64,000 bases of DNA from an uncultured Clostridia bacterium (GTDB taxonomy: Bacteria > Bacillota > Clostridia > Christensenellales > UBA1242): positions 75,228 through 139,227 of the forward strand of contig CALVMJ010000001.1 in assembly GCA_944345365.1 (NCBI GenBank), in the 5' to 3' direction. Position numbers and translations under genes: made by a program. A model generated the notes under the pieces. It was not told where the DNA came from. It worked only from the letters and a program-made list of their open reading frames with translations, and did not search any database. The stretch's first letter is position 1; each line of letters opens with the position of its first letter. This document shows positions 36,933 to 49,235 of this stretch, piece after piece.

Positions 36933-37030
36933 GGGGCTAAGGACGCCCCCTCTCGCCCATGCGGGGGCGTGAGGGGGCAAGAAACGGAGTTTCTGACAAA
37001 ATGCGGGAGCGTTTTGTTGTCCTTAGCCCC
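36933..37030. other. 98-nt GC-rich cloverleaf-forming element (candidate structured RNA or palindromic repeat element)
   Basis: 12-bp closing stem GGGGCTAAGGAC/GTCCTTAGCCCC encloses three hairpins: 36945-36978 (8+5 bp), 36980-36994 (6 bp) and 36996-37017 (6 bp). All pairs are Watson-Crick. Confidence 0.6.
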
Positions 37031-37039
37031 TTGCTTTGA

Positions 37040-39022
<1,983 letters not shown>

Positions 39023-39081
39023 TATTGACGAACTTTGTCGATTGGTGTATGATTTAGTTATCAATGAAAAGGAGAAAAAAT

Positions 39082-39702
39082 ATGGAAAGATTAATTAATA
39101 AAAATAAATTCATTGATTTGGATGATTTGGAAATAAATGATAAATATATGCTTTTAGATATTATGAAAGATTGTGAAGTTTCTGCTACAAATTATGACTC
39201 CAAGCTTTTGTATAAATTAGAGCAAAGAGGAGATGAAGGTGAGCAGATTGACAGATTTATTGATTCTTATGACAAACGACAATTGTTTAATTTGTTGGAA
39301 AAATCTCTTGTTAGTTCTACGAAAATTACTGAACATCAGGCTGTTATACTTATTTTAAGATTTGGATTAGTTGATGGAAAGGAGAGAGGAATCAAAGAGA
39401 TTGCCAATATATTTAATGTGTCATATCAAGCTATAACTCAAAAATTTAATGTTGCTTGTAAAAAGCTGAAAGCTTCCTTATACCTTAGAAGAGTTTATTT
39501 TGAAAATGTTTCTGATGAAGAGGGGATGCAGAAAAGTCGGGTTAAATTTTATGATGAAAACTCGAAAAATATATTAAATTATGGAGAACTATTAAGAAAT
39601 TATATCACCAAATCAAGGGAAGAAAATAAAAATATTAATTATTCTATATTAGAAAATCTTGTTAAAATATACGAAAATAAAGAATTAACCAAAGATAGAT
39701 AA
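39082..39702 (+). CDS. Stand-alone sigma-70 region-4-like HTH protein
   Basis: ITEHQAVILILRFGLVDGKERGIKEIANIFNVSYQAITQKFNVACKKLK resembles region 4.2 of primary sigma factors. I saw no region 2. ATG at 39082 follows AAAGGAG. Confidence 0.6.
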   Translation: MERLINKNKFIDLDDLEINDKYMLLDIMKDCEVSATNYDSKLLYKLEQRGDEGEQIDRFIDSYDKRQLFNLLEKSLVSSTKITEHQAVILILRFGLVDGKERGIKEIANIFNVSYQAITQKFNVACKKLKASLYLRRVYFENVSDEEGMQKSRVKFYDENSKNILNYGELLRNYITKSREENKNINYSILENLVKIYENKELTKDR

Positions 39703-39750
39703 GCTAAAATAACAATAATAAAAAACTTCTTGTTAAATGTTAGAAAAAAC

Positions 39751-39779
39751 TTGACAAGAAGATTTTTTTTGTTTATAAT
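39751..39779 (+). promoter_or_regulatory. Consensus sigma-A promoter of the str operon
   Basis: TTGACA (39751-39756), a 17-nt spacer, then TATAAT (39774-39779). This implies a leader of about 275 nt before rpsL. Confidence 0.8.
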
Positions 39780-40060
39780 CCTTCCTGTATGTTCGGTTGT
39801 CATGGGCATACTGCTTTTAGGAGCATAAACAAACAGCAGGTGGCATACCTTTGCTTCACCGATCTACTTGATTTCACTTGTAGAGTTTTTGATGTTTTGA
39901 TCAAGAATCGTGTTGTGAGTGTTTTATGAAAGTGTTTTACAGTTTTATCTGTTTATTTTTATGACAACAAAACCTTGAATAAAAGGCTTTTTTATTTGAG
40001 GAAATTTTTAAAAGTCGATTTACAAAAATTTTCAGTTATCTGATTAAAAGGAAGTGTACT

Positions 40061-40435
40061 ATGCCAACTATTAACCAATTAGTTCGTCAAGGAAGAAAAA
40101 CTTTCGAGGATAAATCAAAAGCTCCACTTTTAGATGAATGTCCTCAAAAGAGAGGAGTTTGCTTGTCTGTTAGAACTGCTACTCCTAAAAAACCTAACTC
40201 TGCTCTTCGTAAAGTTGCAAGAGTTAAGCTTTCGAACGGAACAGAAGGAACTTGCTATATTCCTGGAGAAGGTCACAATCTTCAAGAACACAGCGTTGTT
40301 TTGGTAAGAGGCGGAAGAATTAAGGACTTGCCTGGTGTGAGATACCACATCATTAGAGGAACTCTTGATACTGCCGGCGTTGCTAAAAGAAAACAGTCTC
40401 GTTCTAAATACGGCGCTAAACGCCCAAAGAAATAA
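40061..40435 (+). CDS. rpsL: 30S ribosomal protein S12
   Basis: [13 protein letters not shown]...[14 protein letters not shown] is canonical S12. Confidence 0.98.
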   Translation: MPTINQLVRQGRKTFEDKSKAPLLDECPQKRGVCLSVRTATPKKPNSALRKVARVKLSNGTEGTCYIPGEGHNLQEHSVVLVRGGRIKDLPGVRYHIIRGTLDTAGVAKRKQSRSKYGAKRPKK

Positions 40436-40487
40436 AAAATTAACAATTTGATTCGACAATTTAATTTGTCTTAAAAGGAGATATATT

Positions 40488-40961
40488 ATGCCAAGAAGAA
40501 ATAGTGCCGTTAAAAAACCAGTTCTTCCAGATCCTATTTATAAAAGCAAAACTGTAACTAAACTTATCAACCAAGTTATGCTTGATGGAAAGAAAGGAAT
40601 CGCTCAAAGAATTGTTTATAAAGCATTTGACATCATTAATCAAAAAACAGGGCAAGAAGCTATTGAAGTTTTTAACAAAGCTCTTGAAAATGTTAAGCCT
40701 GTTCTTGAAACAAAGGGTAGAAGAGTTGGAGGAGCAAACTATCAAGTTCCTATGGAAATTCGTCCAGAAAGAAGACAAACTCTTGCTATTCGTTGGTTAG
40801 TTGCTTTCGCTAGAAAGAGAAGTGGTGAACGCGGAATGGAAGCAAAGCTTGCAGGGGAAATAATCGATGCTTCAAATGAAACAGGAGCTTCAATTAAGCG
40901 TCGTGATGAACTTCACAGAATGGCTGAGGCTAACAAGGCTTTTGCTCATTTTAGATGGTAA
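40488..40961 (+). CDS. rpsG: 30S ribosomal protein S7
   Basis: [18 protein letters not shown]...VMLDGKK is canonical S7. Confidence 0.98.
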   Translation: MPRRNSAVKKPVLPDPIYKSKTVTKLINQVMLDGKKGIAQRIVYKAFDIINQKTGQEAIEVFNKALENVKPVLETKGRRVGGANYQVPMEIRPERRQTLAIRWLVAFARKRSGERGMEAKLAGEIIDASNETGASIKRRDELHRMAEANKAFAHFRW

Positions 40962-41043
40962 TCATTATAAAAATATTGTTTAAATAACCTTTTTAAGGTT
41001 AATATTGAATTTATAAAAATTTAATTTAATAAAGGAGAAAATT

Positions 41044-43122
41044 ATGGCTACTGACCTTAAACTGACTAGAAACGTTGGTATTATGGCTCACATCGATGCC
41101 GGAAAAACAACAACCACAGAAAGAATTTTGTTTTATACCGGTAAAACTCATAAAATAGGGGAAGTGCATGATGGTAGCGCAACAATGGACTGGATGGCTC
41201 AGGAACAAGAAAGAGGTATCACAATTACATCTGCCTGCACAACATGTAGTTGGAAGGGACATAAGATAAATATTATCGACACTCCTGGACACGTTGACTT
41301 CACAATTGAAGTTGAGCGTTCCCTGAAAGTTCTTGACGGGGCCGTTTTGGTTTTAAGCGCTCGTGACAAAGTTCAACCTCAAACTGAAACAGTTTGGCGT
41401 CAAGCTACAAAATACAAAGTTCCTACAATTATCTATGTAAACAAAATGGATAGGGATGCAGCTGATTTCTTTGCTTGCGTTGAGTCAATTGAAAAGAGAT
41501 TAAAAACAAAAGCCCTTCCTATTCAAATGCCTATTGGCGAGGCTGACACTTTCAGAGGAATTATTGATCTTTTAAAAATGAAAGCTGAAATATATAAAGA
41601 TGATATGGGACAGGTTTTTGAGGTTGTTGATATCCCAGAAGAATACAAGGCCAAAGCTGAACAACTTCATAATGAAATGATTGAAAAAATCGTTGAAACA
41701 GATGACTCTCTTTTGGAAAGATATTTTGAAGGAGAGGAAATCGGAATTGATGAGCTTAAAAAAGCAATCAGAAATGCAACAATTTCAAAAGCGTTGACAC
41801 CTGTTCTTTGTGGATCATCTTATAAAAACAAAGGTGTTCAAATGCTCTTAGATGCAATGGTTGAATACTTACCATCACCAGTTGATATTGATGCTATTTC
41901 AGGAATTAACCCTGATACAGAGCAAACAGAAACAAGAGAGGCAAGTGAATCAGCTCCATTTGCAGGACTTGCATTTAAAATTATGACAGACCCATTTGTT
42001 GGAGGACTTACATTCTTCCGTGTATATAGTGGTGTATTAAAGGCTGGAACTTATGTTTATAACTCAATAACAGGAAAGAATGAAAGAGTTGGTCGTCTTA
42101 TCCGTATGCACGCAAATACTCGCCAAGAAATAACAGAAGTTGGCGCTGGTGATATTGCTGCTATTGTTGGTCTTAAAGACACAATTACAGGACACACTCT
42201 TTGTGATGAAAAACACCCAATTCAACTTGAAAGCATGGATTTCCCAGAGCCTGTTATCCAACTTGCAATTGAACCAAAAACAAAAGACATGCAAGAAAAA
42301 ATGGCCCTTGCTCTTGCAAAACTTATGAGAGAGGATCCATCTTTCAGAGTTTCGACAAACCAAGAAACAGGTCAAACCCTTATTGCAGGTATGGGAGAAC
42401 TTCACCTTGAAATCATTGTTGACAGACTTTTGCGTGAATTTAAGGTCGAAGCAAACATTGGACAACCACAAGTTTCTTACAGAGAAACAATTAAAAAAGC
42501 AGTTAAAGGTGTTGAAGGAAAGTTTATTAGACAATCTGGTGGTAAGGGTCAATACGGACACTGCGTTATTGATATGGAACCACTAGCACCTGGCTCGGGA
42601 TATGAGTTTGTTGACAAGACTGTTGGTGGATCAATTCCTAAGGAATATATTCAACCAGTTAATAATGGTATCGAAGAGGCAAGAAAAAATGGTGTGGTTG
42701 CTGGATACGAAACAGTTGATTTTATAGTTACTGTTGTAGATGGTTCTTATCACGAGGTTGACTCTTCCGAAATGGCATTTAAGATTGCCGGATCTATGGC
42801 TTTCCAAAATGCTTGTAAACAAGCAGATGCAGTTTTGCTTGAACCAATTATGAAAGTTTCGGTTGAAGTTCCGGACGACTATCTTGGAACAGTTATGGGT
42901 AACTTAACTTCAAGAAGAGGTGTTTTAACCGGTAATGAATCATCTGCTGGTGTGCAAATAGTTAATGCAGAAGTACCTCTTGCAGAAATGTTTGGTTATG
43001 CAACAGATCTTCGTTCTCAAACACAGGGAAGAGGAACATATGTTATGGAACCTCTTAAATATCAAGAAGTTCCTCGCTCAATCGCTGAAAAAGTTAAGGG
43101 CGAAAGAGCTAAAAAAGATTAA
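41044..43122 (+). CDS. fusA: Elongation factor G
   Basis: [29 protein letters not shown] and NKMD. 692 aa. Confidence 0.98.
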   Translation: MATDLKLTRNVGIMAHIDAGKTTTTERILFYTGKTHKIGEVHDGSATMDWMAQEQERGITITSACTTCSWKGHKINIIDTPGHVDFTIEVERSLKVLDGAVLVLSARDKVQPQTETVWRQATKYKVPTIIYVNKMDRDAADFFACVESIEKRLKTKALPIQMPIGEADTFRGIIDLLKMKAEIYKDDMGQVFEVVDIPEEYKAKAEQLHNEMIEKIVETDDSLLERYFEGEEIGIDELKKAIRNATISKALTPVLCGSSYKNKGVQMLLDAMVEYLPSPVDIDAISGINPDTEQTETREASESAPFAGLAFKIMTDPFVGGLTFFRVYSGVLKAGTYVYNSITGKNERVGRLIRMHANTRQEITEVGAGDIAAIVGLKDTITGHTLCDEKHPIQLESMDFPEPVIQLAIEPKTKDMQEKMALALAKLMREDPSFRVSTNQETGQTLIAGMGELHLEIIVDRLLREFKVEANIGQPQVSYRETIKKAVKGVEGKFIRQSGGKGQYGHCVIDMEPLAPGSGYEFVDKTVGGSIPKEYIQPVNNGIEEARKNGVVAGYETVDFIVTVVDGSYHEVDSSEMAFKIAGSMAFQNACKQADAVLLEPIMKVSVEVPDDYLGTVMGNLTSRRGVLTGNESSAGVQIVNAEVPLAEMFGYATDLRSQTQGRGTYVMEPLKYQEVPRSIAEKVKGERAKKD

Positions 43123-43226
43123 TTAAAAAATCGATAAAAATATTTTAAATTTTTAATTAAAATCGTTTTGAAAAAATCTTATTTTATGCTAAAATGCAAT
43201 CGTAAGTAAAAAAAGGAGAATATAAA

Positions 43227-44429
43227 ATGGCAAAAGAACAATTTGACAGAAGTAAAGAACATGTTAATGTTGGTACCATTGGTCACGTAGACCACGGTAA
43301 AACAACCCTTACTGCTGCTATCACAATGTATAGTGCTGGAAAGGGAAATGCTGAAGCTATGAGATACGATCAAATCGACAAAGCTCCAGAAGAAAAAGCA
43401 AGAGGAATCACAATTAACACAGCTCACGTTGAGTATCAAACAGCAAATCGTCACTATGCTCACGTAGACTGCCCAGGACACGCAGATTATGTTAAAAACA
43501 TGATTACTGGTGCAGCTCAAATGGACGGAGCTATCCTTGTTGTTGCATCAACAGACGGTCCTATGCCTCAAACAAGAGAGCATATCCTTCTTGCAAGACA
43601 AGTTGGTGTTCCATACATCGTTGTATTTATGAACAAAACAGATCAAGTAGACGATCCAGAACTTTTGGAACTTGTTGAAATGGAAATCCGTGACCTTCTT
43701 ACTGAATATGGATTCCCTGGTGACAAGACACCTATCATTAAAGGATCAGCTCTTAAAGCTTTGGAAGCTGCTCAAGCAGGAAAAATTGACGACCCAGCTT
43801 GTGCTTGCATTCAAGAACTTTTGGATGCTGTTGACTCATATATTCCAGCACCACAAAGAGAAACAGACAAACCTTTCTTGATGCCTGTTGAAGATGTTTT
43901 CACAATCACTGGTCGTGGAACAGTTGCAACTGGTAGAGTTGAAAGAGGTGTTATCCGTATGAACGATACAGTTGAAATCGTTGGAATGGGCGCACAAAAA
44001 CAAACTGTTGTTACAGGCGTTGAGATGTTTAGAAAACTTCTTGACGAAGCTAGAGCGGGAGATAACGTTGGTCTTCTTCTTAGAGGAATACAAAGAACTG
44101 ATATCGAAAGAGGACAAGTTCTTTGCAAACCTGGTTCAATTAAACCTCACACAAAGTTCACAGCACAAGTTTACGTGTTAAAGAAAGAAGAAGGTGGCCG
44201 TCATACTCCATTCTTCAATGGTTACAGACCTCAATTCTATTTCAGAACAACTGACGTTACTGGAACTATCGAACTTGAAAAAGGTGTTGAAATGGTTATG
44301 CCTGGTGATAATGTTAAGATGGAAATCACTCTTATCACACCAATCGCTATCGAAGAAGGACTTCGTTTCGCTATCCGTGAAGGCGGAAGAACAGTTGGTT
44401 CTGGTGTTGTTTCATCAATCATTGAGTAA
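43227..44429 (+). CDS. tuf: Elongation factor Tu
   Basis: [27 protein letters not shown] and NKTD. 400 aa. Confidence 0.98.
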   Translation: MAKEQFDRSKEHVNVGTIGHVDHGKTTLTAAITMYSAGKGNAEAMRYDQIDKAPEEKARGITINTAHVEYQTANRHYAHVDCPGHADYVKNMITGAAQMDGAILVVASTDGPMPQTREHILLARQVGVPYIVVFMNKTDQVDDPELLELVEMEIRDLLTEYGFPGDKTPIIKGSALKALEAAQAGKIDDPACACIQELLDAVDSYIPAPQRETDKPFLMPVEDVFTITGRGTVATGRVERGVIRMNDTVEIVGMGAQKQTVVTGVEMFRKLLDEARAGDNVGLLLRGIQRTDIERGQVLCKPGSIKPHTKFTAQVYVLKKEEGGRHTPFFNGYRPQFYFRTTDVTGTIELEKGVEMVMPGDNVKMEITLITPIAIEEGLRFAIREGGRTVGSGVVSSIIE

Positions 44430-44444
44430 TATAATTACTGAAAC

Positions 44445-44475
44445 AAAAAACTCGATTCTAGAATCGAGTTTTTTT
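44445..44475 (+). terminator. Rho-independent terminator after tuf
   Basis: AAAAAACTCGATTC-TA-GAATCGAGTTTTTTT. Confidence 0.85.
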
Positions 44476-44527
44476 GACCTATCCAAACATTGAGTATAAT
44501 AAATATTTGTTTAAAAGGTGGTAGATA

Positions 44528-45025
44528 ATGAAAAGAGTTGCGCTGTTTGAAAAAATTAATTTTCCACAGTTTAAAAAGGATTTTTCAATTAGTGGAAAAA
44601 ATGTTAATGATGTTTATGATGAATTAAAAATTCCCAAAAGAGCAACAAGATTTTCGGCGGGGTATGATTTTTATGCCCCATTTGATTTTAGCTTAAAGCC
44701 TGGCGAAACAATAAAAATTCCAACAGGAATAAGGTGTAAATTGAAGCCAAGTTGGGTTTTGCAAATTTTTCCAAGAAGTAGTTTGGGAAGTAAATTTAGA
44801 CTTCAAATCGATAACACAGTAGGGATTATAGATGCCGATTATTATTTTTCTGATAACGAGGGGCATATTTTTGTTAAAATTACAAATAGTAGTAATGATG
44901 GTAAAACATTGGAAGTTCTAAAAGGGCAAGGGTTTGTACAAGGTGTATTTCTTCAATATGGAATAACTTTTGATGATAAATGTAGAAATAAGAGAAATGG
45001 AGGCTTTGGAAGCACCACAAAATAA
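44528..45025 (+). CDS. dut: dUTP diphosphatase (trimeric dUTPase family)
   Basis: RATRFSAGYDFYAP, PTGI, FPRSSLG, GIIDADYY and the C-terminal RNGGFGST motif 5. Confidence 0.8.
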   Translation: MKRVALFEKINFPQFKKDFSISGKNVNDVYDELKIPKRATRFSAGYDFYAPFDFSLKPGETIKIPTGIRCKLKPSWVLQIFPRSSLGSKFRLQIDNTVGIIDADYYFSDNEGHIFVKITNSSNDGKTLEVLKGQGFVQGVFLQYGITFDDKCRNKRNGGFGSTTK

Positions 45026-45085
45026 TGAAATTTTGTTGACATAATTAAAAACACTGTGTTAATATATAATATAAAGGAGAGAGAA

Positions 45086-45349
45086 ATGGAAAATCAAAAC
45101 AACATACCACAAAATCAAAACAATATTCCTCAGCCAAAGAACGAAAGCAAAACAGTTATTGGAGTAGTTATGGGCTTATTCTTGGGGTTAATTGGTCTAA
45201 TAATTGGGCTTATTATTTACAAAGAAGGAACATATGAAAGAAAAACTTTTGTGAAAGCATGGGGTTGGACATTTTTGGCAGTGGTACTTGTTAGCATTGT
45301 TTCTAGTATTATTTACGGAGTTGTTATAGCTAGAATGCTTACAGCTTAA
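45086..45349 (+). CDS. Small two-TM membrane protein with N/Q/P-rich N-terminus
   Basis: ATG at 45086 follows AAAGGAGAGAGAA. NIPQNQNNIPQP repeat followed by two hydrophobic helices. Terminator ATATGTGCA-TT-TGCACATAT plus T-run downstream. Confidence 0.65.
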   Translation: MENQNNIPQNQNNIPQPKNESKTVIGVVMGLFLGLIGLIIGLIIYKEGTYERKTFVKAWGWTFLAVVLVSIVSSIIYGVVIARMLTA

Positions 45350-45418
45350 TTTAAACTAAAAAATATGTGCATTTGCACATATTTTTTTTAGTGTATGGAA
45401 TAATAATTACATAGAAAA

Positions 45419-46117
45419 ATGAGTTTGAAAAGAAAAATTTTAAGAAGTTTATTCGTGGCTTTAATATTTGCTGTTGTAATAATCGGCGGATATTTTGTTC
45501 TATTGTTTACAGGGGTTTGGGAAAAACTTAACTCAGTGGAAAAGTTGAGAGATTTAATTTCTGGGCTTGGCTTTTGGGGAAGAGCAGGGTTCTTATTTCT
45601 TCAATTCTTGCAGGTAACTTTTATTCCTATTCCTTCAACTATTTTAACAATAGCAGGAGCAATAGTATTTGGTCCATTACAAGGAGCTTTATTAAGCTTA
45701 GCTGGTATTTTGCTTGGCAGTGCTGTTGCATTTATGCTTGGTCAGACATTTGGAAGAAAATTGGTTGTGTTTATGGTTGGAGAAGAAAGCTGTGAAAAAT
45801 GGGTTAAGTTTTTAAGCAAAGCAAAATACAGCTTTGCAGTGATGATGCTTTTACCTATGTTCCCAGATGACATTTTGTGCCTCGTCGCAGGGCTGACGAA
45901 TATGTCTTGGACATTTTTTATGCTTACAAATTTTATAACAAGACCTATTGGTATTTTTTTGACATCTTATCTTGGTAGTGGCGACTTTATTCCTTATTCT
46001 GGATGGGGTATTTGGGTGTGGGTAATTATCTTTCTTTTGTCTTTTTTGGCAATATTTTTACTTACCAAATATCAGGATAGAATTGAGGGATTTTTGATAA
46101 AAAAAGCTAAAAAATAA
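45419..46117 (+). CDS. TVP38/TMEM64 (DedA-related, SNARE-associated) family membrane protein
   Basis: FLQFLQVTFIPIPSTILTIAGAIVFGP..G...S..G..LGS..AF.LG..FGRK is the characteristic motif. Confidence 0.8.
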   Translation: MSLKRKILRSLFVALIFAVVIIGGYFVLLFTGVWEKLNSVEKLRDLISGLGFWGRAGFLFLQFLQVTFIPIPSTILTIAGAIVFGPLQGALLSLAGILLGSAVAFMLGQTFGRKLVVFMVGEESCEKWVKFLSKAKYSFAVMMLLPMFPDDILCLVAGLTNMSWTFFMLTNFITRPIGIFLTSYLGSGDFIPYSGWGIWVWVIIFLLSFLAIFLLTKYQDRIEGFLIKKAKK

Positions 46118-46175
46118 TATTTATCATATTGACAGCTTGCTTATGTTGTGATAGAATTAACCTTGAGGAGATGCT

Positions 46176-46808
46176 ATGAAAAACTGGATAAATAAAGTTT
46201 ATGAGGAAATCAAAAGAGATCCATTTAAAAGAAATCTTAATATATTAATAATTCCGGAAGATTGTAAAAAAATTCATACCGCTGAGTTTAAATATAATGA
46301 GGATATTCAAATTATAATAATACCAAATTCTGTTGAGGAAATAGAGGGAAGTGCATTTGAAGGTTGTTTTAATTTAAAGCATGTTTACATTGAAGAAAAT
46401 GAAGGAGAAAGAGGGTTAAAAAAAATAGGAAATAGAGCATTTAATAATTGTCTTTCGTTGAAAACTATAAAGTTTCCTTCATCTGTAAAGGAAATTCATA
46501 GGGACGCGTTTAGTCGCTCTGCTATTAGCGAAATTGAGTTAACCGAAGAAATAGCTGAAAAATTTATTCGCAAAGAACCGGATTTAAATAATTTTTCCAT
46601 AAAAGTTGATAGGGAAGAAGGGAAATACTTCTTATATAGAATAAATGGAACTAAATATTATTCTGTTACTAGAAAATTGTTTGAAAATGTTGACAAGAAA
46701 AGAAGAAATTATTTGCTTTGCGAGAAACTTAATCAGAACGGTTGGATTGAAAAATCATTAAAAAAAGAAGAAAACAATAATCAATTAGATTTAGCATATG
46801 AAAAATAA
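46176..46808 (+). CDS. BspA-type leucine-rich-repeat protein (no signal peptide seen)
   Basis: Repeats IPNSVEEIEGSAFEGCFNLKHVYI, IGNRAFNNCLSLKTIKFPSSVKEIHRDAF. Confidence 0.7.
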   Translation: MKNWINKVYEEIKRDPFKRNLNILIIPEDCKKIHTAEFKYNEDIQIIIIPNSVEEIEGSAFEGCFNLKHVYIEENEGERGLKKIGNRAFNNCLSLKTIKFPSSVKEIHRDAFSRSAISEIELTEEIAEKFIRKEPDLNNFSIKVDREEGKYFLYRINGTKYYSVTRKLFENVDKKRRNYLLCEKLNQNGWIEKSLKKEENNNQLDLAYEK

Positions 46809-46908
46809 TTTTTACATATTGAATATATAATTTATTCAATATGTTTTTTGTTTGATTTTTTTTGTTTTATATGTTAATTTATTTTTATAAAGGAGATATT
46901 AAACAAGT

Positions 46909-47280
46909 ATGTTTAGTAGATTATTTAAAATTTTAGGCTTTGAAAGCGCTGAAAAAAAAGTTAGCCGTAAATCAAAAAAACAGCAGAAAGTAAAGGCTAG
47001 CTATAACTTTAAAAAGAAGCAGAAGGTAGAAAAGATTGACAATATTGATGGTATTAGAGTAATTTATCCAGAAATATTTGATGATGCAAAGCAATATAGA
47101 GATCTTGTGAAGCAGGATCAACCATTTATTATAAGCATTGAATATTCTCAAAAAGAAGAATTAGACAAAATATTGTCCTATTTTTGTGGCGCTATTGAAA
47201 TGATGGGTGGAGAGCTTAAACTTTTAGAGAAAGATAAGTACTATGTTGTTTTACCGGAGGGAATGGAGATTGAAGAGTAG
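46909..47280 (+). CDS. sepF: Cell division protein SepF
   Basis: The C-terminal DUF552 core (VIYPEIFDDAKQYRDLVKQDQPFIISIE...ILSYFCGAIEMMGGELKLLEKDKYYVVLPEGMEI) matches the SepF pattern. Confidence 0.8.
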   Translation: MFSRLFKILGFESAEKKVSRKSKKQQKVKASYNFKKKQKVEKIDNIDGIRVIYPEIFDDAKQYRDLVKQDQPFIISIEYSQKEELDKILSYFCGAIEMMGGELKLLEKDKYYVVLPEGMEIEE

Positions 47281-47788
47281 TATTATTAAGGAAAACAAGA
47301 GAATATTATTTATTTTTCTTCCTGTTTTCGTTTGTGCGATTATCTTGGACTTATTAACAAAGCATTTCACAAATCTTAATTTAAATTTGGGAGAAAGAAA
47401 AGAGTTTATTCCTGGATTTATTGATTTTATAAATGTTCATAATGATGGGGGAGCGTGGAATCTGTTTTCGGGGAGCCAATTCTTCTTGATTGTTTTTACT
47501 TTTATTTTTTTGTGTTTCTTTTCATACTTTTACTATAAAGAGCGAAAAAGGGGTTCATTATTTCATTTGGCATCTGCCTTAATCTATTGCGGTTGTGTGG
47601 GAAATTTGATTGATAGAATAGCTTTTGGTTATGTTAGAGATATGATCCATTTTGAATTTTGGCCTAATTTTCCTGTTTTTAATGTTGCTGATATTTGTGT
47701 TTGTGTTGGAATGACTTTGCTAGTTATTTTCTACCTGATAATTCTTGTTAAAGATTCAAAACGAGGTAAGCAGAAAGATGAAATTTGA
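47270..47788 (+). CDS. lspA: Lipoprotein signal peptidase II
   Basis: VHNDGGAWNLFSG, GNLIDRIAFGYVRDMIHF and FPVFNVADICV. TTG at 47270 has GGAGG 8 nt upstream, so it is preferred over the ATG at 47243. The start remains uncertain. Confidence 0.85.
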   Translation: MKSSIIKENKRILFIFLPVFVCAIILDLLTKHFTNLNLNLGERKEFIPGFIDFINVHNDGGAWNLFSGSQFFLIVFTFIFLCFFSYFYYKERKRGSLFHLASALIYCGCVGNLIDRIAFGYVRDMIHFEFWPNFPVFNVADICVCVGMTLLVIFYLIILVKDSKRGKQKDEI

Positions 47789-48674
47789 AATGATTGTTCA
47801 AAAAGATGAAGAAAAAGCAAGGCTTGATGTCTTAGTTGCGAATAAAATGCCCAATTTGACTAGATCAAGAATAAAAACTTTAATTGAGAACGGAGAAATA
47901 TTGCTTGATGGGAAAAAGGTTAAATCGGGAGAAAAGGTTAAGGCTGGGCAAAAGATTTTGGGAATTTTCGAGGACGAAAAACCATTGCAAGCCGTTCCAG
48001 AAGCGATTGATTTTGAAATTGTTTATGAGGATATGGATTTGCTTGTTGTTAATAAGCCACAGGGGTTGGTTGTTCACCCTTGCTCTTCAACAAAGTCGGG
48101 GACATTGGTAAACGGACTTCTTTCTAGGGTGAAAGATCTAAGTGGTATTAATGGGGTGTTAAGACCCGGAATAGTTCACAGATTGGATAAGAATACATCT
48201 GGGTTGATGGTTGTTGCTAAAAATGACCTAGCACATTCATCACTTTCAAAACAAATTAAGGATAAAACCTGCAAGAGAAAATATCTTGCACTTTTGGAGG
48301 GAAACCTTAAAGACGACGAGGGGAGAATAGAAACATATTTATCTAGGAGCAAAAAGGACAGAAAAAAAATTGCCGTTTCGGCCGAAGGTAAACTGGCAAT
48401 AACTGACTATAAAGTTATAAAAAGATTTTCAAAAAATTGCTTGGTTGAGTTTTCGCTTTTAACGGGAAGAACTCATCAAATCAGAGTTCATTGTGCATTC
48501 TTAAATCATGCTATTGTGGGTGACGATGTCTATGGACATGCTGAAAAAGCCTTGCAAGGGCAACTGCTTCATTCCTATAAACTTTCTTTTGTTCACCCAA
48601 GGACAAATAAAAAAATGAATTTTGAAATACCTTTGCCTAATTATTTTGATGATTACATAAAAAAATTGAGTTAA
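47778..48674 (+). CDS. rluD: RluA-family 23S rRNA pseudouridine synthase (RluD-like)
   Basis: S4 domain followed by the catalytic HRLDKNTSGLMVVAKN and GRTHQIRVH motifs. ATG at 47778 overlaps the lspA stop. Confidence 0.9.
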   Translation: MKFEMIVQKDEEKARLDVLVANKMPNLTRSRIKTLIENGEILLDGKKVKSGEKVKAGQKILGIFEDEKPLQAVPEAIDFEIVYEDMDLLVVNKPQGLVVHPCSSTKSGTLVNGLLSRVKDLSGINGVLRPGIVHRLDKNTSGLMVVAKNDLAHSSLSKQIKDKTCKRKYLALLEGNLKDDEGRIETYLSRSKKDRKKIAVSAEGKLAITDYKVIKRFSKNCLVEFSLLTGRTHQIRVHCAFLNHAIVGDDVYGHAEKALQGQLLHSYKLSFVHPRTNKKMNFEIPLPNYFDDYIKKLS

Positions 48675-48714
48675 TTCGAAGTTTAATAAACTCGAAAAAC
48701 TCAATTTTTTGTTT

Positions 48715-49101
48715 TTAAATTTGAAATTCTGAAACTCTTACACCACGGCTTGCACGCTCTTCCTCAATAAAGCTTGAAAGCATATCTCTGAGTTTATAAG
48801 GGTTGGCTACATGCCTAAGAGTAAAAACAGAGGATCTTGTGTCGTTGCTATAAAGAGTAATTGTTCCTGTTCTAAAAATCTTGTCACCAAGTGTTTGGTG
48901 CAGAGAAATATCTTTTATTCTGTAAAGATTTACCTCATCTACGGTTGTGTAAAGAAGACCTATTTCAGAAAAAACCTTAAACCAATCGTTATCTTTTTTA
49001 ATTAAAGAATATCTTGTGAAAGACCAAGGTAATCCAAAATATCTTTTTCTGTCTTTCCAAATGAGTTGAGCACCCTCTCCATACTTCTTCTTTACATTCA
49101 T
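48715..49101 (-). CDS. Bacterial PH-domain (bPH_2/YdbT-like) protein
   Basis: 128 aa. IKDISLHQTLGDKIFRTGTITLYSND...FTLRHVANPYKLRDML resembles the bPH_2 pattern. ATG at 49101 follows GGAGGA. Confidence 0.6.
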   Translation of the reverse strand: MNVKKKYGEGAQLIWKDRKRYFGLPWSFTRYSLIKKDNDWFKVFSEIGLLYTTVDEVNLYRIKDISLHQTLGDKIFRTGTITLYSNDTRSSVFTLRHVANPYKLRDMLSSFIEEERASRGVRVSEFQI

Positions 49102-49235
49102 CTTTAATTCCTCCATTTCCTTACATATTTTTATAATACACTATTTTAAAGAAAAAGTAAATAGAAAATAGAAAATTTTTATTATTTAATAAAGAAAAAA
49201 GAGGGGTTAAGCCCTCCTTTTTATGGATTTCTTAA

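Noticed and set aside
40130-44422. Multiple antisense or alternate-frame ORFs across rpsL-rpsG-fusA-tuf (e.g. 40130-40459, 40461-40778, 42064-42561, 43179-43520, 43811-44128)
   Set aside because: They overlap highly conserved translation genes, lack an RBS, and have low-complexity or odd composition. They are shadow ORFs.
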